Shown: in pieces, positions 62,646 to 64,000 of the stretch
Layout of the letters: each line of letters opens with the position of its first letter
How positions within the stretch are numbered: the stretch's first letter is position 1
Source of the DNA: an uncultured Nitrospirota bacterium
GTDB lineage: Bacteria; CG2-30-53-67
DNA length: 64,000 nucleotides
Assembly (NCBI GenBank): GCA_945786985.1
Contig: CALZGC010000160.1
Span: forward strand, 1,031 to 65,030
Direction of reading: 5' to 3'
Notes under the pieces: model-generated
Told to the model about the DNA's origin: nothing
The model's input: the letters and a program-made list of their open reading frames with translations, nothing else
The model's database searches: none
Program-made: the position numbers and the translations under genes

Positions 62646-64000
62646 TGATGAAACTGACCCTGACCAGAAAGGTGTTCCTCGGCTACTTCCTGATGATTTG
62701 TCTGGTGGTGGTGGAGGGGGCCTATGCCATCTTTGAGCTCAACCGGCTGAACCAGCTCTCCCGCTCATTGGTGCAAGGCGAGGTGGCGTCTCTTGATCTG
62801 GAGAAGAAGCTCATCGATCTCTTTCTCTCCGAGGTCAGCCACGAGAAGAAATATCTGGTTGTGCAGGACCCCGATTTCCTGGAGCTGGCTATTGCGAAGA
62901 GCGGGGAATTCGAGGAGACGCTCCTGCGGTTGACGGCGGGTGCGGCGGGCGGCGCAGCAATGTCCGAACTGGAGGCCGTCCGGGATCTTCACGACCGTCA
63001 CGTTCAGAGTTTCTACGCCGCTCTGGAAGAGGCAAAGAGCGCCTCCGGGGAAAAATTCGAGGACTCTTCCGGCTGGACAGAGACCAGTGAGTCGGGGGTC
63101 CGGGGGGTGACCCGCAAGATCGAGGCACTGATCCGGACGGAAGAGATGGAGATGGCCCGCAAGATGGGGCAGGCCCAGCTCATCAGCTGGCGGGCCTACA
63201 AGATCACCATCGGGATCCTGATCTCCATGGGGGCCTTCGGCCTGATCACGGCCTGGCTGCTCACCCGCAGCATCCGGGTGCCGATCCAGAAGCTCACCCG
63301 CGGCACGCGGGACATTGCGCAGGGGGTTTTTGAGAACCGCATCGAGGTGGCGTCGCGAGACGAATTCGCTGATCTCGCCGGTGCGTTCAATACGATGACG
63401 GGGAAGCTGGCGGAACTCGAAAAGGTAAAACGGGAGATCATCTCCAACATCTCCCACGAGCTGCGCACCCCCCTGACCTCCATGAAGGAGGCCACCGAAC
63501 TTCTCTACGACCAAGTGCCCGGGCCCGTGAACAACACCCAGAAGCGGCTTCTTGGGATCGTTCAGGAAGGGATCGGCAAGCTGGTGCGGATGATCAATAA
63601 TTTACTCGATCTGTCCAAGATAAGGGCGGGGATGATGCAGTATCATTTTGAAAAGGGCGAGATATCCCATGTGATCTCGCTTGCCAAAGCGAACGTTCGC
63701 TTTCTGGCGGAGCTGCGGTGGTTGGTCCTGGACGTCGATATCGAACCGGGGCTGCCCCCCCTGTTCATCGATTCGGACAAAATTGAACAGGTGCTGAACA
63801 ACCTCCTCAGCAACGCAATCAAATTCACCCCCGAGGGAGGCCGCATCCGGATTCGGGCGTCTCGCGCTGAGGCCGCCTCCGGGAAGGGGGCCCCGCCCGA
63901 CGAGGTGGTGCGGGTCTGCGTGGAGGACAACGGCACGGGGATTGATTCCGAGCAGCTCGCGGGGATCTTCGACCGCTACCAGCAGGCCGATCCGGCCCTC
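62646..64000 (+). CDS. HAMP-domain sensor histidine kinase, 3' partial (runs off the window)
   Basis: two TM segments flanking a sensor region, HAMP (RDEFADLAGAFNTM), H-box ISHELRTPLT, N-box NLLSNAIKFT, DNGTGI. Confidence 0.8.

Overview
This window is about 64 kb of high-GC (roughly 60-63%) bacterial chromosome. The gene content (TusA/DsrE, DUF362-ferredoxin, LarC, PEP-CTERM proteins, many HD-GYP/PilZ/GAF proteins) looks like a deltaproteobacterium or Thermodesulfobacteriota-type anaerobe. Most of it is core housekeeping. A long minus-strand operon block runs rplU-rpmA-obg-proB-proA-nadD-rsfS-rlmH-lapB-gpmI-comF. Other core genes include ychF, pepF, an M20 peptidase, acyP, tatA, mobA, yidD, lpxC, maeB, an M23 peptidase, secA, ald and one tRNA-Val. 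On top of this core, four things stand out.

1. A family of seven MITE-like miniature inverted-repeat elements (full-length, hairpin-only and composite copies) sits in intergenic spacers. One supplies the 5' end of a comF-like gene; another lies between rpmA and obg.

2. A 3' accessory locus at 52.1-60.4 kb encodes a triple-PilZ / GNAT-like 826-aa protein, two tandem and overlapping cobalamin-type (class B) radical SAM enzymes, and a dedicated V4R/GAF sensor kinase plus response regulator pair. I did not recognise the organisation, and I rate it the best candidate for an undescribed system.

3. A metal(loid)-flavoured cluster contains an ArsS-like radical SAM, a flavin disulfide reductase, a Memo-like protein, LarC and CutA.

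4. Two PEP-CTERM genes carry sigma-54-type promoters and a shared upstream motif. One of them is disrupted by an in-frame TAG and a 1-nt frameshift.

No CRISPR arrays, rRNA genes or transposases were seen. All functional calls rest on motif recognition by eye and need an HMM or BLAST check.
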